Source: Blastocladiella emersonii ATCC 22665
Lineage: Eukaryota; Fungi; Blastocladiomycota
DNA length: 64,000 nucleotides
Direction of reading: 5' to 3'
NCBI GenBank assembly: GCA_025594325.1
Contig: JANHCV010000003.1
Location: 682,001 to 746,000, forward strand
In this document: positions 30,687 through 44,560 of the stretch, in pieces
Layout of the letters: every line of letters starts with the position of its first letter
Numbering within the stretch: the stretch's first letter is position 1
Notes under the pieces: generated by a model
What the model saw: the letters and a program-made list of their open reading frames with translations, nothing else
What the model was told of the DNA's origin: nothing
Databases searched by the model: none
Translations under genes and position numbers: made by a program

Positions 30687-33600
30687 ATGGGAGTCAAGTC
30701 GCTGTGGAACATCCTGGCGCCGACGTCGCGCGCGGTGCGGCTCGAGGCGCTCGCGGGCAAGGTGCTTGCCATCGACGCGTCTATTTGGTTGTACAGCTTC
30801 GTCAAGGCCATGCGCGACGCCCACGGAGACGCCGTCGACGGCGCGCACCTCCTCGGCTTCTTCCGCCGCATCTGCAAGCTGCTTTTCTGGGGCGTCAAAC
30901 CCGTTTTCGTGTTCGACGGCGCCGCACCGCCGCTCAAGCAGGCGACCATGGTGCGTGTGTGCGCGTAGTGGCGAGAAGGAGACACGCGGCTGACTTTTGC
31001 GAGAGATAGGCCGAGCGCCGACGCCGCATGGAGGGCAAGGCCGTCGACGTGCGCAAGACTGCGCAGCAGCTGCTCACGGCGCAACTCCAGCTGTCCGCCG
31101 CGACTGCCGCCTCCTCATCTTTGGCTTCGGGCGGGATCCCGATCGCGCCGCCGACCAAGAAGCGTAAGACCGCGCGCGACCCGTTCGCGCTGCCGTCCAT
31201 CGACAACTGGACCTTGGTCGTACGCGACCGCGCCGCGCGCGCCGTGACCTCAGGCCCCGCGCGCGAGGACCCGCGGATGCCCGCGCGGCCCGAGGAGCTC
31301 GAGGACCTATCCGACCTCGACTTTGACCCGTCGGTCGTCGAGCGCGAGGACGCGCAGTTCCTGCGGCACCTCGCGATGCTGCAGGCCGTGACGACGTCGT
31401 CGCAGGCGGCTGCGCTCCCCGACGACGCGCTGCGCGCCGCCGACCGGTTCCGCGCGCTCCCGCACGCCGTCCAGGTCGAGCTCATCCTGCAGCTCAAGGA
31501 CCAGTCGCGCCGGCCGTCGATGCGCCGGCTCGCCAAGATGATCCGCGGGTCCGCGTCCGCGTTCGATTTCTCCAAGCACCAGATCAAGAACCTCATGACG
31601 CGGAATTTTCTGACGCAGCGGTTGCACGCGGCGACTGGGTTCGGCGAGCCTGCGGCGGGGAAGAACGGCAAAGCCGTCGAGCGTCGCGTCGCGAGCGACC
31701 GGAACCGTTCGTACGTGCTCGTCAAGAACGACGAGGACGTCGGGTTCCGGTTCGAGGTGCGCGACGATGCCGCCACCGCGCGCGCGGCCGCTGCCCTCGA
31801 CCGCAGCCGCGGGCTTCTCGAGGTCATCGCCGACCAGACCACCACGTCGTTCCCGCTCGTCGGCGGCGACCGTGTGCTTGGGATCGTCGGCGACGCCACG
31901 TCCAGCGACGAGGAGGACGCGCGGTCGGCCGCGGCCGCGGCGTCGGCGGGCGCGTTCGCCTTCGCCAGCGACTCGGACGACGACGACGAGGACGACTTCG
32001 AACCCGTCTTCGTTGGCCCGCTCCCGCCCGAGGTCCAGGACATGATGTCGATCGTCCCGCCGCGCTTCGCCGAGACGTTTGCTGCGGGGCTCGAGATGCT
32101 GCACTCGGCCGCCGGCTGGGCCGCCCACGACCTCCGCGCCGCCGCCGTCGCGTGCCGCGAGCGCCTCGATGCCGCCCGCGCCGCCATGGTCGCCGACCCC
32201 GCAGGGATCACCGACTTTGAGAACCTCACGTTCTGGGAAGACTACCTTGACAAGCTCCTCGCGATCCGCGAGGCGGCAAATGACGATGTACCTGCTACTT
32301 TGGCCTCACGCGCGCCGCGCGGGCGGTCGACGAACGCGACGGCGGCGGCCCGCGCGCGGTTTGCGGCGGTCGCATCGGACTCGTCGGAAGACGATGACGA
32401 GATGGAGGTCGTCGAGCCGAGCCACATCCGCGACCAGTTCGCCCTGCCTAGCGACGCGTTCAAGTCGTCGAGCCCCGGGTACGCCGACTTCGCGGCCGCT
32501 GCCGTCATGGACCCCGTCGGTGGTGGCGACTTTGGCATCCCGCCCACATCCGCCGCGCGTGTGTCGGCGCAGTCGACGCCCGCGACGCGGTCCTCGACCC
32601 GCAGCGGGTCGGCGGTGGCAACGCCGTCAGCAACCCGCGCTGTGCCGGCGCCCGGGTTCGTCACGCCCGCAAAACGCCCGCGCATGTTCGAGGTCAGCGA
32701 CTCGGAGGAATCGGACTCAGACAACGGTGACGAGGCCGAGGTCGCAGCGGTCCTCGGGCTCGTCGACCGCCTGCCGCCCGCGTTCGGCCAGTGGCAGCAG
32801 TCGAAGGCACGCGCGGCTCCTGCGCCCGCCACCGGTGCTAGGGCTCGCGTCGTCCTCGAGATGCCCATGGACGAGGACGGGCCCGAGGCGGTACCCCCGC
32901 TGCCGCCGCAGCAGGTCCACACCGTGTCGAGCGACGAGGACGATCTCATGGAGGTCGTGGCGACTCTGGCCGTGGACGAGGTGGCGCAGCGCGTGCCGAC
33001 ACCGTCGGTCGTTGTCGAGGTGTTGAGCAGCAGCAGCGAGGACGAGAGCGGCGACGACGCGTTCGAGGTCGTTACCACGGTCGCATCGCCGGCTGCCCCG
33101 GCGCCCGTGCCGGCCTCGCCGCCACCCGCGTCACTTCCACCGCCCGTGATGGCCGCCGTTGTGTCGAGCGGCAGCGAGGACGACGACGAGGACGACATGT
33201 TCGAGGTCGTCGCCACCGTCGCGTCGCCGGCTGCCGCGGCGCTGGTGCCGACCACGGCGCGAGGCTCGCCACGCAGTGTGTCTCCACCGCCCTCCGCGTC
33301 ACCTACGCCCGCCGTGGCGGCGGGTAGCAGCGACGACGATGACATGGATGTCTTCGAGGTCGTCGCTACGGTCGCTCCACCAGCTGCGGCGACACCCGCG
33401 CGGGCTGTGGTGCGCGACTCACCACACCGCGCTTCTCCACCGCTCGCCGTGCCGGCGAGCGGTAGCGACGATGATGATGACGACGACGCGTTCGAGGTCG
33501 TCGCCACCGTCGCGCCGCCTCTCGCACCAGCACCCGCGTCCACAGTGACCCCACCACCGGCCCTCGCCGAGCCCGCTGCCGCACCGGCACCAGCTCCCCT

Positions 33601-34828
33601 CTTGCCACCGCCGCACCCGCTCGACGACGAGGAAGCAGCCAAGGAGGAGGCCGCGCTGCTCAAGGAGCACCGTGCCGAGGAGGAGCAGTTCGCGATGTTC
33701 CTGGCAGACCTGCAGCAGCGCGACGCGGCGACGGTGCAAGCCGATCTCGCGCAGGAGCGCGTGGCGCTGCTCGAGGCCAAGATCCGCACCGAGAAGCGCG
33801 ACGCGGACACGGTGACGCCCGAGATGGTCGCCGAGACGCAGCACCTGCTGCGCCTGTTCGGAATACCCTACGTGACGGCGCCCTTCGAGGCCGAGGCGCA
33901 GTGCGCGTGGCTCGCGCGCGAGGGACTCGTCGACGGCGTCGTGTCCGACGACTCGGACTGCTTCCTGTTCGGCGCGCCGCTCGTTTACAAGAACATGTTC
34001 AGCAACGCGAAATACGTCGAGTGTTTCGCGGCCGCGACCATCGCGCAGGGCCTCCAGCTCGACGTCCCCGCGCTCATCGCCCTCGCGCAGCTCCTCGGGT
34101 CCGACTACGCCCCGGGGATCCCGGGGATCGGCGCCGTCGCCGCCATGGAGGTCCTCGCCGCGTTCCCCGGGCCCAACGGGCTCGCCGACTTTGCCGCGTG
34201 GGCGTCGGACCCCGTCGCGCTCGCGGGCGACAACGACGACGCCTCCTTGGACCTGCCCGCGACCATCAAGGCGATCCGGCGCAAACTCCGCCGTCTCGCC
34301 GCGGCCGTCCCGGCCTCGGGCTTCCCGGACCCGCGCGTCACCGACGCGTACCTGCACCCGACCGTCGACGAGAACCGCGAGCCCTGGGCATGGGGCGTCC
34401 CGCAGTCGGAGCTCATCAAGGACCTGCTGTGGGAGCGCATCCAGATGAACCCTGACACCACCGACGCCACGCTGCTCCCCATCGTCGCTGCCGTCAACCG
34501 CGCGAGGGCGGAGCGGCAGACGACGCTGCTCAGTTTCGGGTTCATGCGCACGACTGACGCGCGCGCGCGGACCAAGGGAATCGCGAGTTCCCGCATGCAG
34601 CGCGCGGTCGAGGCGCGACGGATGCAGCAGCAGCAGGGGCTCGCGGCGGCGGTCGGCGCGGTGGACGCTGATGAGGAGGCCGAGGAGTCGAGTGGCAGCG
34701 GTAGCAGCAGCGACAGTGACTCGGACGACGCCGCTGCGCCGTCTACTTCGCGCCGTGGCCGCGGTGGTCGAGGTGGCCGTGCGCGGGGCCGTGGTCGCGG
34801 TCGCGGTGCTCGCGGGAACAAGAAGTAG
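30687..34828 (+). CDS. RAD2: XPG/Rad2 structure-specific endonuclease (nucleotide excision repair)
   Basis: Exons 30687-30950 and 31010-34828. N-domain MGVKSLW...AIDASIW...KPVFVFDG; I-domain [17 protein letters not shown]...SDDSD...LLGSDY; PIP-like QTTLLSF. Confidence 0.95.
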
Positions 34829-34888
34829 TAGGTGTGCAATCAATACATGTTTCCAATTGAGCAAATCCAAAAGCAACCCCACATCCAT

Positions 34889-37533
34889 CTACACGAACCG
34901 CACGCGCGACCGGTCGCCCGACACGAACAGGACGCCGAGGTCCGTGTACTCGCGCAGCATGTCGTCGAGCTGGGTCTCGGTCATGCCCTTGGCAATGACG
35001 CGCTCCTTGAGCTCGGCCATGGACACCTCGCCCTGGAGGTTGTCGAGGTCCACGGCGGTCGCGTCCTCGCCGTCCGCGGCAGCATCGACCTCGGCGCCCG
35101 CGGCCTCGGCGGCAATCATGGTCTTGAGCAGGTTGAAGATGCGCGAGACGTGGTGCTCGCCGCGCTTGCGCTGCTTGGACCGCTTGTCGGAGAGGGACTG
35201 CTTGGAGACGGACATGAGGCGGAGGGCCTCGTCGACGTCGCCGACCGAGACGATGGGCGAGAAGCGGAGGCGGGCGAGCGCCTGCGACATGCGCAGGATG
35301 CTGACGAGGGTACGCGCCGTCGTGTACCCGTAGTCGGACGGGTCGCGGGCCTCCTCCTTGCGCACGCCGACGTACACGTTGGTCATGTACTCGCCGACGG
35401 CCGCGGGCACCACGGGGCGCACCTGGCGCGCCTGCGCAATGTACGACCGCATCTCGTCCTCGGCCAGCAGCACGTGCGCGTCCGACTCGGGCGCCTGGTT
35501 CGTCATGTGCACCATGGTCACGTGCTGCGCGAGCCGCGTGTCGTTGTCGAGGTCCGGCGTGTCGAGCAGCAGGAACACAATGTCGAAGCGGGACAGCAGC
35601 GCCGCGGGCAGGTTGATGTTTTGGTTCGGCGACAGCGCCGTGTTGTACCGCCCGTACACGGGGTTGGCCGCGGCCAGGATCGACGCGCGCGCGTTGAGCG
35701 TCGTCACGATACCGGCCTTGGAGATGGAGATGGTCTGCTGTTCCATGACCTCGTGGATCGCCGTCTTGTCGCCGTCCTCCATCTTGTCGAACTCGTCGAT
35801 GCAGCAGATACCCTAGAGATGCGCGCACACGCGTGTCAGCATACGAACGTTCGTCTCCGGCAGCCGAAGTAACGTACGTTGTCGGCGAGCACGAGCGCAC
35901 CGCCCTCGAGAACCATCTCGCCCGTGACGGGGTCCTTCATCACGGCGGCCGTGAGACCGACGCCACTGGATCCCTTCCCGGTGGTGTAGATACCGCGCGG
36001 GGCGACCTTGGACGTCCACTTGAGCAGCTGCGACTTGGCGACACCGGGGTCACCCATGAGGAGCACGTTGATGTCGCCGCGGATCTTCATGCCGTCGCCG
36101 ACCTTCTTGGTGACGCCGCCGACGAGGAGCAGGAGCAGGGCCTTCTTGACGTCGGTCATGCCGTAGATCTCGGGGCAGATGCTGTTGGCGAGCACCTCGT
36201 ACACGTTCTGGCTCTCGAGCTTGTCCTGGACGCGCCGCGCCGTCTCGGCCGCGGTCGCCGCCTGGTTCATGGCGTCGTACGTCTGCTTGGTCTGGTGCAC
36301 GTGCGACACCTCGAGGTACGTGTCGGCGAGGAGGCCGGCGCGGATCGCCTTGTAGCCCGTGTAGGGAGTAGGCAGGAAGATGCCCGACAGCGTGACAATG
36401 TCGCCCGTCGAGACGGTGCGGGTCATGCCCTCGTACAGGTGCACGGTCATGGAACGCGGGATGTGGCCCATGGGGACCTGGTCGGCGAGCTCCTGGATGC
36501 GGGCCTCCTGGAACCGCAGGAACTTGCACGCGCGGATCTGCATGTGCAGCTTGCCGCGCGACTTGTTGCGCTTGCACATGGGCGACTGGCACTCGTTGAG
36601 CGGGGTCAGCGTGCGCGCCTTGACCTCCTGGAACACCTCGTGCCCGCACTCGTCGCACGAGTAGGTGCACACGGAGAGCAGCGGCTTGACGTCGGTGACG
36701 CGGGTGATGATGCCGCGCAGGCGCACGAGCTGGCCAATGTGCTGGGCCATGATGTGGCGCACGGCGAGCGTCGGCTCCTTGGACGCCGGCTCGAAGAAGA
36801 CCGTGTACCGGCGCAGGATCGACGGTGGGAACCGCGCGTCGGTGCTGCCCTCCTCGGCCTGGAGCGCCTCGAACCGCTGCCGCTGCTCGATGATCACGTC
36901 GACGACCGTGTCCTGCTCCGAAATCTAGACGGGCCGGGTGCGAGTCAGCGAGGTGAGCCCGTGTGGGTGGGAGGACGGGATCGAGGGTCGTACCGGCCGC
37001 GTCGCCGGGGGCATGAGCTTGTCGATAACCTGCGCGAACAGATCGACGTAGCGCTTGGTGTTCTGCCCAATGCGCTTGCAGAGGTCCTCGTCGTACTAGA
37101 CGGGCGAACGCGGTCAGACCTGGCGTCTCGCCGCGCGGATGAATCGTGCGCGAGCACACACCGTGTTGAGATCATCGAGAGCAACCGAGACCGTGTCGAC
37201 CTCGCGGTTGGCGACTTGTTCCTACGAGCGCGCGATGCCGGGTAAGCGCAAGGATCGGAGCGCACTCGCCGAAGCGCGCAGCGTACCAGGATCTGCAGGT
37301 ACTTCTTGGGTGGCTCGCCCTCAAGGACCGAGAAGCCCGCATCGCTCACGAAGCTGGTGAGGAACCCCTCGATGACCTCTAGACACGGCGGGGTGCGGGC
37401 CGGCGAGGGCATGGCGTTGGTCTCCGTTGCTCATCGACGCCGCATCGGATCGTCCGTCGCGGCGGGCACGGAGAGGAAGGGGTCACCCACCCTTGTCCTT
37501 TTCAAAGTTGAACTCGAGCGCCGTCGCAGCCAT
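34889..37533 (-). CDS. MCM7: DNA replication licensing factor MCM7 (multi-exon)
   Basis: Zinc finger [23 protein letters not shown], Walker [36 protein letters not shown], arginine finger LLSRFD. Confidence 0.95.
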
Positions 37534-38102
37534 AGCGGTGGTGGGTGTGGTGGAGGTCGAGGTCGAGTGCGGTCGCGGGACGACGGGATGGCGGGCGGCG
37601 AGATTGCGCAAGGTAGACCGGCCGGTGCGTGTAGGAAAGGGTGCCCGGCGCCGTTTCAATAAGTTACGTGTGCGCGTGTAGGTGCTCGCTGGCAGCGCGG
37701 GGCGGCGAAGAGTGCGTCCCGCGGCGATGTGGGAGCGGGCCGACGTCGAACGCGAAGCGCCCCTAGCGCCAGCGCACGTGGGACGGAGTGACCGCGAACA
37801 CACGGCTCGCGCCTCGCCGCGCCTCCGCTGCCGCTGCCGCCGCCCTGCGCGGTCCTTGGCGAGCAGGGGCCTCGCCGCCGTGCGAGACTCCCCAGTGTAC
37901 TGTGACGCATCCCCGCGCACACAACTCCACTCGCTGCAACGCATCAACGCCCTCACGCTGCCGCGCGCCGCCGTCGACCCGACCCGGCTGATCCGTCCCG
38001 CATCGTCCCTGCCATCACGGCCCCGCGCTCGCGCACCACCCCTCGACACCACTCCACCGCCCCGACCGCTCCTCCTCGCGAGGGCCTCGCCGCGCCGCCA
38101 CC

Positions 38103-40364
38103 ATGGGCATCCACAAGAAGGAGGCCAACCGCACCAAGAACATCAAGGGCAAGGGGACCGACTCGATCCTCAAGCCCAAGGGCGTCAACTTCTACCGCGA
38201 TGCCAAGGACATCAAGCAGCTGAACATGCTGCGCGGCGGGCGCGCCAAGCGCAACGCCAAGGGCGAGATCATCAAGGACGCCATCTTCCAGTCGACCAAG
38301 GCCCCGACGGCCCGCATCGAGCCCAACCGCAAGTGGTTCGGCCCGACGCGGACCTCGACCCAGAAGGCGCTCGCCGACCTGCGCACCGTCGTCGCCGAGA
38401 CCATGCACGACCCGTCGCGCGTCCTGCTGTTCCAGAACCGCGTCCCGCTCTCGCTCATCGAGGACCCGTCCAAGAAGAAGGAGGCCAAGGTCCACATGCT
38501 CGTCAACGAGCCGTTCCAGAACACGTTCGGCCCCAAGGCCCAGCGCAAGAAGCCCAAGCTCAGCTTCATGGAGGACAAGGCCGACGTCGAGGCCCTCTCG
38601 GCCACCATCGACGAGAAGCTCGGTACGCCTTCTTTCTTCGCCCGAACTCGCTGTTGCAGCACCCGCTCACTCACGCTCCCGTGCCCGCGACTCCGCGTAG
38701 ACCGCTACAACCCCGCCAACGACATGTCGCTGCCCGAGAACCAGTTCGAGGACTTCAAGGACAAGGAGCGCGACGTCGTCTTCATGAAGGGCCAGTCGAA
38801 GCGCATCTGGAGCGAGCTGTACAAGGTCATTGACAGTTCGGACGTGGTCATCCACGTCCTCGACGCGCGCGACCCCGAGGGCACCCGGTGCCACAACGTC
38901 GAGACGTACCTCAAGAACGAGGCCAAGCACAAGCACCTCATGTTCCTCATCAACAAGTGCGACCTGGTCCCGACCTGGGTCACCAAGATGTGGGTCGAGA
39001 AGATGCGCCGCATCGCGCCCACGGTCGCCTTCCACGCCTCGATCCAGAACCCCTTTGGCAAGGGCGCCCTGATCCAGCTCCTGCGCCAGTACTCGAAGCT
39101 GCACTCGGAGAAGAAGCAGATCTCGGTCGGCTTCGTCGGCTACCCGAACACGGGCAAGTCGTCCATCATCAACACGCTCAAGAAGAAGAAGGTGTGCAAC
39201 GTGGCGCCCATCCCCGGCGAGACCAAGATCTGGCAGTACATCACGCTCATGCGCAAGATCTACCTCATCGACTGCCCCGGCATCGTGCACCCGACCGACG
39301 ACACCGAGTCCGACATTGTCCTCAAGGGCGTCGTCCGCGTCGAGAACCTCAAGAACCCCGAGGACCATATCGCCGACCTGATCGCCCGCGTCAAGCCCGT
39401 CTACCTGCGCAAGACGTACGACCTCGTGTCGTGGAAGTCGCACCTCGACTTCCTCGAGCAGATCGCCAAGAAGGCCGGCCGCCTCCTCAAGGGCGGCGAG
39501 CCCGACGTGTCGACGGCCGCCAAGATGGTCCTCACCGACTGGCTCCGCGGCAAGCTCCCCTTCTTCGTCATGCCCAAGGACGCGCCGCCGGGCGCCGCCG
39601 AGACCGACAACTCGGCCAAGGACAAGGCCTCGGGCCTGCACGTCGAGCAGCGGTTCAACGCCATTGCCGTCACGGCCAAGTTCGACAAGGAGGACCGCAA
39701 GAAGGCCGGCGCCGACGACGAGGACGCCGCCAAGGCCGACGGCGAGGAGGCGGCCGCTGCCGAGGAGGAGGACGACGAGACCAACGCCCCCGACTGGGAC
39801 GAGATCTTCGAGAACGCCGACACGGACGTGGTCGACAACATCCCCGGCCAGGCGCCCGTCGTCCGCGAGGACTCGAGCGACGACGACGAGGACGAGCTCA
39901 TTGCCGCGGCCGACGACGACGACGAGGTGTCGCTCAACGGCGACATCCGCGAGTCCGAATCCGAGTCGGACGACGACGAGGAGGAGGTCGCCGCCGCCGC
40001 TGCGCCTGCCGAGGCGGCTGCCGAGGAGGCCGCCGCGTCCGGCGACGAGGTCGAGGAGGAGGCCAAGTCGGACGAGGAGCCAACACCAGCTGCCGCTGCC
40101 GCCCCGAAGCTCGCCAAGTCGGGCAAGCGCAAGGCCGGCGAGGTCGAGTCCTCGGCCGCCGAGTCGGCCGCGGCCGCGGCCAAGAAGCAGCGCCTCACGA
40201 CCAACAAGCGCAAGGTCGGGTCGCACTACTACGAGACGGCCAACGTCAAGAACAAGAACAAGAACAAGGCCGACAAGCCCGTCAACGTCGAGCGGCTGGC
40301 GCGCATCATGAAGGGCGACGGCAAGCGCAAGGTCACGGACAGCGGCAAGAAGAAGCGCCGGTGA
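38103..40364 (+). CDS. NOG2: Nucleolar circularly permuted GTPase Nog2 (GNL2)
   Basis: NGP1NT-like N-terminus ([10 protein letters not shown]), [31 protein letters not shown]. One in-frame 78-nt intron at 38623-38700. Confidence 0.95.
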   Translation: MGIHKKEANRTKNIKGKGTDSILKPKGVNFYRDAKDIKQLNMLRGGRAKRNAKGEIIKDAIFQSTKAPTARIEPNRKWFGPTRTSTQKALADLRTVVAETMHDPSRVLLFQNRVPLSLIEDPSKKKEAKVHMLVNEPFQNTFGPKAQRKKPKLSFMEDKADVEALSATIDEKLGTPSFFARTRCCSTRSLTLPCPRLRVDRYNPANDMSLPENQFEDFKDKERDVVFMKGQSKRIWSELYKVIDSSDVVIHVLDARDPEGTRCHNVETYLKNEAKHKHLMFLINKCDLVPTWVTKMWVEKMRRIAPTVAFHASIQNPFGKGALIQLLRQYSKLHSEKKQISVGFVGYPNTGKSSIINTLKKKKVCNVAPIPGETKIWQYITLMRKIYLIDCPGIVHPTDDTESDIVLKGVVRVENLKNPEDHIADLIARVKPVYLRKTYDLVSWKSHLDFLEQIAKKAGRLLKGGEPDVSTAAKMVLTDWLRGKLPFFVMPKDAPPGAAETDNSAKDKASGLHVEQRFNAIAVTAKFDKEDRKKAGADDEDAAKADGEEAAAAEEEDDETNAPDWDEIFENADTDVVDNIPGQAPVVREDSSDDDEDELIAAADDDDEVSLNGDIRESESESDDDEEEVAAAAAPAEAAAEEAAASGDEVEEEAKSDEEPTPAAAAAPKLAKSGKRKAGEVESSAAESAAAAAKKQRLTTNKRKVGSHYYETANVKNKNKNKADKPVNVERLARIMKGDGKRKVTDSGKKKRR

Positions 40365-40491
40365 AGCGTGACGCGAGCGAGCGCGCGTGTGCGAGCAGTG
40401 GATAGCTACCTGTAGATTTTATTCGTCTTTTTAGCCACCTTGTCGGACTCGGGGATCGTTTGAGGAAGGAAAAGTGTATTCTGCTATCAGC

Positions 40492-41703
<1,212 letters not shown>

Positions 41704-42849
41704 TTATGGTGCGTGAGGTGTGGGTTCTAGAGAGGGGAGCGGGTGAGAGCGGCCAGCTTTATACGGTCGGGAGCGGCGAGCGACCGGAACGGACCGGGAA
41801 GAAAGGGGCGTGGCGCGTCGCGATGGACGCGGCCCACGTGGGCGATCTCATCGTGTGCGTCGCTTCATCGCCGCCTGCGGCGCCATCTCATCTTATCTCT
41901 CGGCTGCACACCTCTCCCCTCCCTATCGAACTCGCTGCAACTCAGTGCAATAGTGCGCGATTTGCCTCTTGATCGCCTTCCGAGTTGATTCAGATCCCTC
42001 GGCGATGGACAACTGCCGCTCGTTCACGTCTGTGATGCGAAGAGTGCTCGAGTCGATGTGATGGGATGTGATCCGCATAAGAGCGTTAAAGTCGCTTGCT
42101 GTTCCGGTCCTGGCGGACCGTCTCTTAGCCCGTGGAGCAAACCGTGCGCTGCTCCACGGCCTCGATCTGGACATTTGCGAGTGGAAACGACCAACGGGTT
42201 CCACGTAACCTTTCCGCTTGACGTCCAAAGACTTTGTCCGTTGCACTTCGACATCGAGGGCTAAAGCCCTGTTTTTAGAGCAGGCAGCGGCCAGGTAGGG
42301 TGCCGACGCCCGCGTGAGCATGTCGCCCTCTCGTAATGTGAATGTCCTCAAAACGCGTGACAGACGCGTCGTTTGTCATGTGATCGCTGTGGAACGCGTC
42401 CTGGCCGTGCACGTGATCGGCCTCGGCCCAACCCCCGGAAGCGCGTCGCTTGACGCTGTTCCGCTTGGCCATCGCGGAACGTTTAACGCTTTGCACCGAC
42501 CCTCGACCAGGCCCGCGAGACTCCGAGCACATGAAAGCGTGAGAGATGCAGAAGCGCGGTAAGCCGCTAACGGAGCCCGTGCTTGGTGTGCGTGTTGGAA
42601 AACGGAGCCCGTGTTCGGTGCACATCCTTAAACGACGCGGTTCACCTGGGAGCCGCTAGCGCAGGCTCGTTGACGTGGGCGCGAGTTCAACGGTTGTACC
42701 GAGAACGACTTGCGAGGTCCCATGAACGTGAGTTCGAGTGAGGACTGCGAGGTCGAGAGATCCGCTCTTTGAGTTGCGGTCCGTTACACGGACGGGTCGC
42801 TCCGTGGCTTGGGTTTGCCAGACGTTGCAGCGGGCGCAGACGTCTTCGT

Positions 42850-43530
42850 GAGCGGATCGCTGGAACTCGCTGTTCGCGTGGGTGCGGGTCCGCGCAACGT
42901 GCTCGCTCGAGTGGGCCGCGCTCCGCTTGATCATCGCGGCCTGCGAGCTCCAGGTCGAGTGGGTCCGTGGCCACGCCGTGAACTTGGAGAATGAGGAGGC
43001 CGACGCGCTCGCCAACAAGGGCTGCCGCGCATCTCCCGCTGTGAATTGCCGCCGCCGTCCGCGCGGACCTCGATGCGCCCTTCACGGCGCGCAGGCGCGG
43101 CTGCGACTTCAACTCAGTCCCGCGACGCGCTCTCCGCCGCCTGCACGACGCGCGACACGACCCGCTGCTCGCTCTGACCGCGTCCGCTGGCATCACGTCC
43201 TCCCCCATCGATGTCCCAGCCCTTGTCACTGCGCTTCGGGGCAGCACGCGCCGCATCCACCCGAGCGAGTCCCTCACCGCGAACTCGCTCCCGTGCTTCC
43301 AGCTCCGCGCGCTCGCAGGCCAGCTGCCGACCCGCGGCTGTTTGCGCCAGCTCTGGCCGCACCGCTACGAGTCCCCCAACTGCGCCGAATGCCCAAAAAT
43401 TGGCGGCAAGGTCGCCGACACTCAAGCGTACGCGTTTGAGTGCACACTCTTCGCGCGCAATCGTCTCCGCGGCACTGGACGACGTCCGCATCGTAAACGC
43501 CCTCGCGGCGGTCGACAAGGGCTAGATCGG
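42850..43530 (+). mobile_element. Degenerate 3' end of a non-LTR (LINE-like) retrotransposon: RNase H C-terminus + Cys-rich finger
   Basis: VEWVRGHAVNLENEEADALANKG (~42950-43025) matches the RNase H C-terminal motif. Further on, in another frame, GQLPTRGCLRQLWPHRYESPNCAEC...AFEC matches a LINE C-terminal zinc-finger region. Frameshifted. Confidence 0.65.
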
Positions 43531-43868
43531 GGGCGGGCTCCGCACCATCGTCACCGGATCGCTCGCCGAGCGCCTTCTCAACCCAAACCACATCAAGCAC
43601 CGTGGCCGCCATCGTGGACGCACCACTCGTCGCGTGGTTCAAACAGCTTTACTGAGACGAACTCATCGATCCACGCCTCGCGCTCCTGCCGCGAGGGCCA
43701 TCGCCTCGAGCACCATGCAGGAGCTTGCTTGGCGCCCTCGCTGCAGCGCGATTGCTGATGCCGCGCCGGTGACACATGACGGTGCCCTGCCGCCACTCAA
43801 CGCGAGCGACCAACCGCACCATCCTTTGTTGAAGCGCGCGCATCGCGCAGCAGGGGAACGCGCTGTGC

Positions 43869-43943
43869 TGTGACGCGCAAAGCTGCGACGCGCAAAGTTG
43901 CGACGCGCAACGCTGCGACGCGCAAAGCTGCGACGCGCGAAAC
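43869..43943 (+). repeat. 15-bp tandem repeat TGCGACGCGCAAAGC x5
   Basis: Five contiguous units with 0-2 mismatches each; no spacers. Confidence 0.9.
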
Positions 43944-44560
43944 GGCGCAGGCGCCCAAGGTGGCGCGGGCTTTAGCCCTCGATTGAAAACCAGACGCGAA
44001 GCGTCTAGGTGCCTCAAGTATAATTAGTTTCCGCAACATCGCGCCGAAGTGGCGCGAGTGAGCCACCCGCCTAGGAGGCCTTGCTCCACGTGGAAAGGCG
44101 CTGTGGCGCAGCGCGACGTGTTTCAGGCTTCCACGTGTCGCGACCGTCGGGGCCGGTGCCAATCAAGCGTTCAGACTTTACATCTGCTTCGCATCGAGAG
44201 CCGTTCGAAACCCGAAAGTTCAGGATCCGCAGGTGTGCAGCTCAGCGACGAGTGCTGAGTCGTCAACGTGGGCTTAACTCACTCAAGCTGCCAAGCTTGA
44301 AAATGGGCAAAATGCGTGAATTTTTGACGCGAGTCTCTCGTTACAAGACGCGTCAATAAGAGTTCTGAACCTTGTAAGTCAACCTTAATGCGTCGGCGAG
44401 CTGTCAAGAACATCGATATTACACGCCCACGGAACGTCTCGCATTCAACCAGCGTGATCCAGCGTTCTGCTTCGCAGATTCTGAGCGACTGGCTTGCCGC
44501 ACGTAAATACACATTCCCGCCATCGCGGTCAACATTCTCGCTCCCAAACCGCTCCAGCTG

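Noticed and set aside
37534-38102. Cell-cycle or ribosome-biogenesis motifs (E2F/MCB, PAC) in the MCM7-NOG2 bidirectional promoter
   Set aside because: Only partial matches (e.g. GCGATGTG) that are frequent in GC-rich sequence.
38623-38700. Stop-free 3n introns (NOG2 78 nt, ABCD 60 nt, copy 7 intron 3 78 nt, Myb 63 nt) as regulated intron retention
   Set aside because: One third of introns are 3n by chance and short GC-rich introns often lack stops; there is no excess evidence.
43869-43943. 15-bp repeat array as a CRISPR
   Set aside because: Units are contiguous with no unique spacers, the context is eukaryotic, and there are no cas genes.
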